Shown here: in pieces, positions 61,195 through 64,000 of the stretch
How positions within the stretch are numbered: the first letter of the stretch is position 1
How the letters are laid out: each line of letters begins with the position of its first letter
Virus record (IMG/VR): IMGVR_UViG_3300042331_000303
Direction: 5' to 3' (one strand)
DNA from: a virus
Taxonomy: Duplodnaviria; Heunggongvirae; Uroviricota; Caudoviricetes
DNA length: 64,000 nucleotides
Made by a program: the position numbers and the translations under genes
The notes under the pieces: generated by a model
Databases searched by the model: none
Seen by the model: only the letters and a program-made list of their open reading frames with translations
What the model was told of the DNA's origin: nothing

Positions 61195-63357
61195 ATGTCT
61201 GACCTCACCATCACCCGCATCGAATCCAGCGTGAAGGGCGGCCTGTCCGCTACACTGGGCCCTCGCACCCTCTTCGTCGGCGTCAACGGCTCGGGCAAGA
61301 GCGCGTACACGCAGGCTGTTGAGCTGGCTACCAGCTCGACCGCGAGCGACATCACGGGCCGGGGCGTTGTCTCCGCAACCCACATGCTCACGGCCCTCGC
61401 AGGGGGTGGCTCGACGCTCTTCGCTGCCGCGACCTTCTCGGACGGAGCGGTCTCCCGCTTCTCCGTCGAGCCCGGCAAGGAGGCAGAGTTCACGCCGGCC
61501 CACCCGGTCCAGTTTCCGATCCGCGACGTGGTGGAGAACCTCACCGGCTCCGCGGACAAGGCGCGCGAGTTCCTACTCAACCGGGCGGCCCTCACCGTTT
61601 CACGCGCCGACGTTCTGAAGCGCCTCGGCGACATGGTCGAGGCGTATGAGGACGCTGCCAAGCCCTACGTGGGGATGGTGGAGACGACCATCCTCCAGCG
61701 CGTGCTCGACCGGGCCGAGAAGGACACCCGCGACCGCACGAAGGAAGCCAAGACGATCCGCTCGATGGGCGCGAGCCTCTCCAACGGACTCCCCCCCGAG
61801 CCGACGGAGGCTCAGATCGCCGAGGCCGAAGAGGACGAGCGCATCACCACGCTGGCGTGGGAGACGGCTGTGAAGGACCAAGCCGGGCGCGTCACGGCAG
61901 CCAGCTTGGATGCCCTCCGGGCGAGCGCGGCTGAGTGGGTGGCCAGCTTCCAGGAGGTATCCGCGGCAGTCGGGGAGCCCGTGCGTGCCCCCTCGGACGC
62001 TCAGCTCGCGGCGGTGGCGCAGGCCGAGAAGCTCGCCCCCATCTGCGCGATGCACGAAGGCGCGGCTGAGTGCCTCGTCTGCGGCGGCGATGCTGCGGAC
62101 GCTGTCCGGCGTGGCCAGCTCTACGCCGCTGGCGTGGCCAAGACTCGCGCGACGAACAGCGCCTACTGGACCCAGCAGGAGCGCGCCAAGCAGGCTGAGG
62201 CGACGCGGCAGCGGGCTCTGGCAGCGGTCCAAGCGGTACAGGCGGCTGAAGCGGAGCCGACCTACGATGGCGTCGATCCTGCCGAGGCCCGTGCGGCCAT
62301 GGAGCAGGCCCGCTTGACCCTCTCGACGCTCCGGGGCGCGCTCCAGAAGTACGAGTCGGTGCGGGCGACCGAGGTGCAGGCGCGCGCGGTCGAGGCGTCG
62401 GCGAAGGTCGCTGAGCAGCTCGCGGCAGCGTGCTCGGATGCGGTTGCTGGGCTCCTCGCTACTGCGGTCACGACCCTCCAGAAGCGGGTGCAGGCGTACC
62501 TGCCGGCCACCGACACGTTCATCCTGCGCCTGAAGGAAGGCCAGAAGGACGTCTGCAAGTTCGGCTTCGAGCGCGGCGGCCGGCTCGACACGGCGCTCTC
62601 TGGCGCCGAGTGGGCGCGCCTGCTCGTGGCCATCGCTTGCGCGGTCTCGGAGGGCAAGGCCGGGCTCAACATCTTCATCCCGCCCGACCGCGCCTTCGAT
62701 CCCGACACGCTTCGTGCGGTGCTGGTCGCGCTGGCCAAGGCTCCCGGACAGGTCCTGTTCTGCTCCCCGATCCGTCCTTCCGGCAAGATCCCTGCTGGCT
62801 GGACGCTGGTCGAGGTCGGCGAGGCGAAGGCGGCCACGCCGCGCAAGCGGGCCGCCCCCGAGGAGCCGGCGGCCCCCCGCCAGCTCGACAACGCCGACGA
62901 CGACGCCCTGACGGGCCTCGCTCGCGGCCTCTCTGACGGGGTCTACACGATCTCGGGAGGGACGGTCTCGGACTCGGGGGGCATCCCCGTCGTCTCGGGG
63001 GCGGACGCGCCGGACGGGACGCTCAAGGTCGAGGGGAACTTCGCGGTGGACTTCGTCCCGGCGCAGGCCGAGCCCGAGCCCGAGCCCACCCAGGAGCAGG
63101 AGGAGACCGCCCCCGAGCCGGAGACCGAGCGGCCTGCGGAGGTCGTCCAGAACGACGAGCAGTTCGCGGATGCCTGCAAGAACCTCGGGTTCACGGCCGC
63201 GCAGGTGAAGAAGATGAACCCCAACGCGATCCGCTACGCCGCTCTCAACGGGCTGGACCCGAAGTCGTACAGCATCATCGCCGACGGTTCGATCTTCGAT
63301 GTCGTGAAGGGCCGCACGCTGGCAGCTACGACGCCGAAGGCACGCCTGAGCGCGTGA
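61195..63357 (+). CDS. SMC/RecF/SbcC-like ATPase (about 720 aa) with a long coiled-coil middle region
   Basis: The protein has VGVNGSGKSAYT (Walker A), a long Ala/Glu/Gln-rich helical middle, LSGAEWARLL (ABC/SMC signature) and LNIFIPPD (Walker B/D-loop). The likely start is the ATG at 61195. Confidence 0.7.
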   Translation: MSDLTITRIESSVKGGLSATLGPRTLFVGVNGSGKSAYTQAVELATSSTASDITGRGVVSATHMLTALAGGGSTLFAAATFSDGAVSRFSVEPGKEAEFTPAHPVQFPIRDVVENLTGSADKAREFLLNRAALTVSRADVLKRLGDMVEAYEDAAKPYVGMVETTILQRVLDRAEKDTRDRTKEAKTIRSMGASLSNGLPPEPTEAQIAEAEEDERITTLAWETAVKDQAGRVTAASLDALRASAAEWVASFQEVSAAVGEPVRAPSDAQLAAVAQAEKLAPICAMHEGAAECLVCGGDAADAVRRGQLYAAGVAKTRATNSAYWTQQERAKQAEATRQRALAAVQAVQAAEAEPTYDGVDPAEARAAMEQARLTLSTLRGALQKYESVRATEVQARAVEASAKVAEQLAAACSDAVAGLLATAVTTLQKRVQAYLPATDTFILRLKEGQKDVCKFGFERGGRLDTALSGAEWARLLVAIACAVSEGKAGLNIFIPPDRAFDPDTLRAVLVALAKAPGQVLFCSPIRPSGKIPAGWTLVEVGEAKAATPRKRAAPEEPAAPRQLDNADDDALTGLARGLSDGVYTISGGTVSDSGGIPVVSGADAPDGTLKVEGNFAVDFVPAQAEPEPEPTQEQEETAPEPETERPAEVVQNDEQFADACKNLGFTAAQVKKMNPNAIRYAALNGLDPKSYSIIADGSIFDVVKGRTLAATTPKARLSA

Positions 63358-63359
63358 CC

Positions 63360-63995
63360 TCAGACGATGTCAACCCGGAACTGTTCGAGAACAGCCGTGT
63401 TGTTGGCGTTGTTGGGCATGGTGATCTGCACGTCCACCGTGAGCGCGCCGTTGGTCGCGAGGTTCGCGGTGGTGCCAGAAGGGAGCTGGGAGCTGCCTGC
63501 GGTGTTCCAACCGGCACGACCGGCGCCGACGACGGCGACCGCAGCTCCGGCAGCCGCGCGCGCGGTGAAGTCTGCGACCAAGTAGCACCGCTCTCCCACG
63601 AGCGCTGCGACCGCGGCCGAAGTCACGTAGGTCGTGCCGCCGATGCGGAGTCCGACGGTTGCGGTGTCGGCGGCGTTGATGTTCACGCGGCGAACGACCG
63701 CGACGACACGGATGGTCGAGCTGGCCCCGAGCGTGTTCGCCGGGATGATGTAGGACTGGTCGAAGCTCTGCGCTGCGCCGTTGCCGGTGATGGTTCCGGA
63801 GTCGGCCATCGTGGCCAAGCACAGGCCGCCCACCACACGGGCAGTCCCGCTCGGGATGCCGTCGGTCGTGGTCATGCGTGCGCCGACTGCGAGCCGCTCG
63901 GAGTTGTTGGTGGTGTTGAAGACCAGCATGTTCGTCAGGCCGCCGGTCCCGATCGTCCACGCAGCCGCCGTGTTGTCCACCAGCGACCACGTCAT
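63360..63995 (-). CDS. structural (fiber or tail-like) protein, rich in Gly, Thr, Ala and Asn; may extend beyond the window
   Basis: The composition (TTNNSERLAVGARMTTTDGIPSG...NNANNTAVLEQFRVDIV) is typical of fiber or receptor-binding proteins. The gene is convergent with the ATPase gene. Confidence 0.5.
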   Translation of the reverse strand: MTWSLVDNTAAAWTIGTGGLTNMLVFNTTNNSERLAVGARMTTTDGIPSGTARVVGGLCLATMADSGTITGNGAAQSFDQSYIIPANTLGASSTIRVVAVVRRVNINAADTATVGLRIGGTTYVTSAAVAALVGERCYLVADFTARAAAGAAVAVVGAGRAGWNTAGSSQLPSGTTANLATNGALTVDVQITMPNNANNTAVLEQFRVDIV

Positions 63996-64000
63996 CGCGG

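Overview
High-GC (about 65-68%) double-stranded DNA phage or prophage segment. No host housekeeping genes are visible. No CRISPR array and no rRNA genes are present. Positions 1-17000 hold about 35 small, tightly packed minus-strand genes. Many overlap by 4 nt (ATGA or GTGA). They are divided into at least 8 transcription units, each preceded by a copy of a conserved 95-140 nt cassette. In transcription sense the cassette is a GC hairpin placed right after the upstream stop, then a TGACAA(C/G)TTT(C/G)C direct repeat, then a conserved leader running into the start codon. From 17079 onward almost everything is on the plus strand. First come two tyrosine-recombinase-like proteins that lack the catalytic C-terminus. 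They flank an AT-rich tandem-repeat region (17760-18180). Next is a run of accessory genes that includes a macrodomain protein, an SPFH (band-7) lipoprotein with a small membrane partner and Cys-rich proteins, structural-like proteins, and a metallophosphoesterase. A tRNA-derived region (33925-34118) looks like an att site or a graveyard of tRNA fragments. After it sits a Prs-like ribose-phosphate pyrophosphokinase + NAMPT-like pair, a candidate NAD+ reconstitution and anti-defence module. The rest is a large replication and recombination module. It holds a RecD-like helicase, a vWA protein, an SNF2 helicase, a Cas4-like nuclease, a Sak4-like P-loop ATPase, and a family-A DNA polymerase. The polymerase carries an N-terminal UDG-like domain and an HNH + NUMOD-repeat intein in motif B. 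The module continues with a UvrD-like helicase, a second DPPY DNA methyltransferase, and an SMC/RecF-like ATPase. A convergent structural (fiber-like) gene lies at the window end. Plus-strand genes are typically preceded by TTGACA-N17-TAVRRN promoters lying very close to their start codons. All calls come from reading the six-frame translations and the nucleotide sequence; no database searches were run. Start codons of many small genes were trimmed by eye from the ORF track and are approximate.
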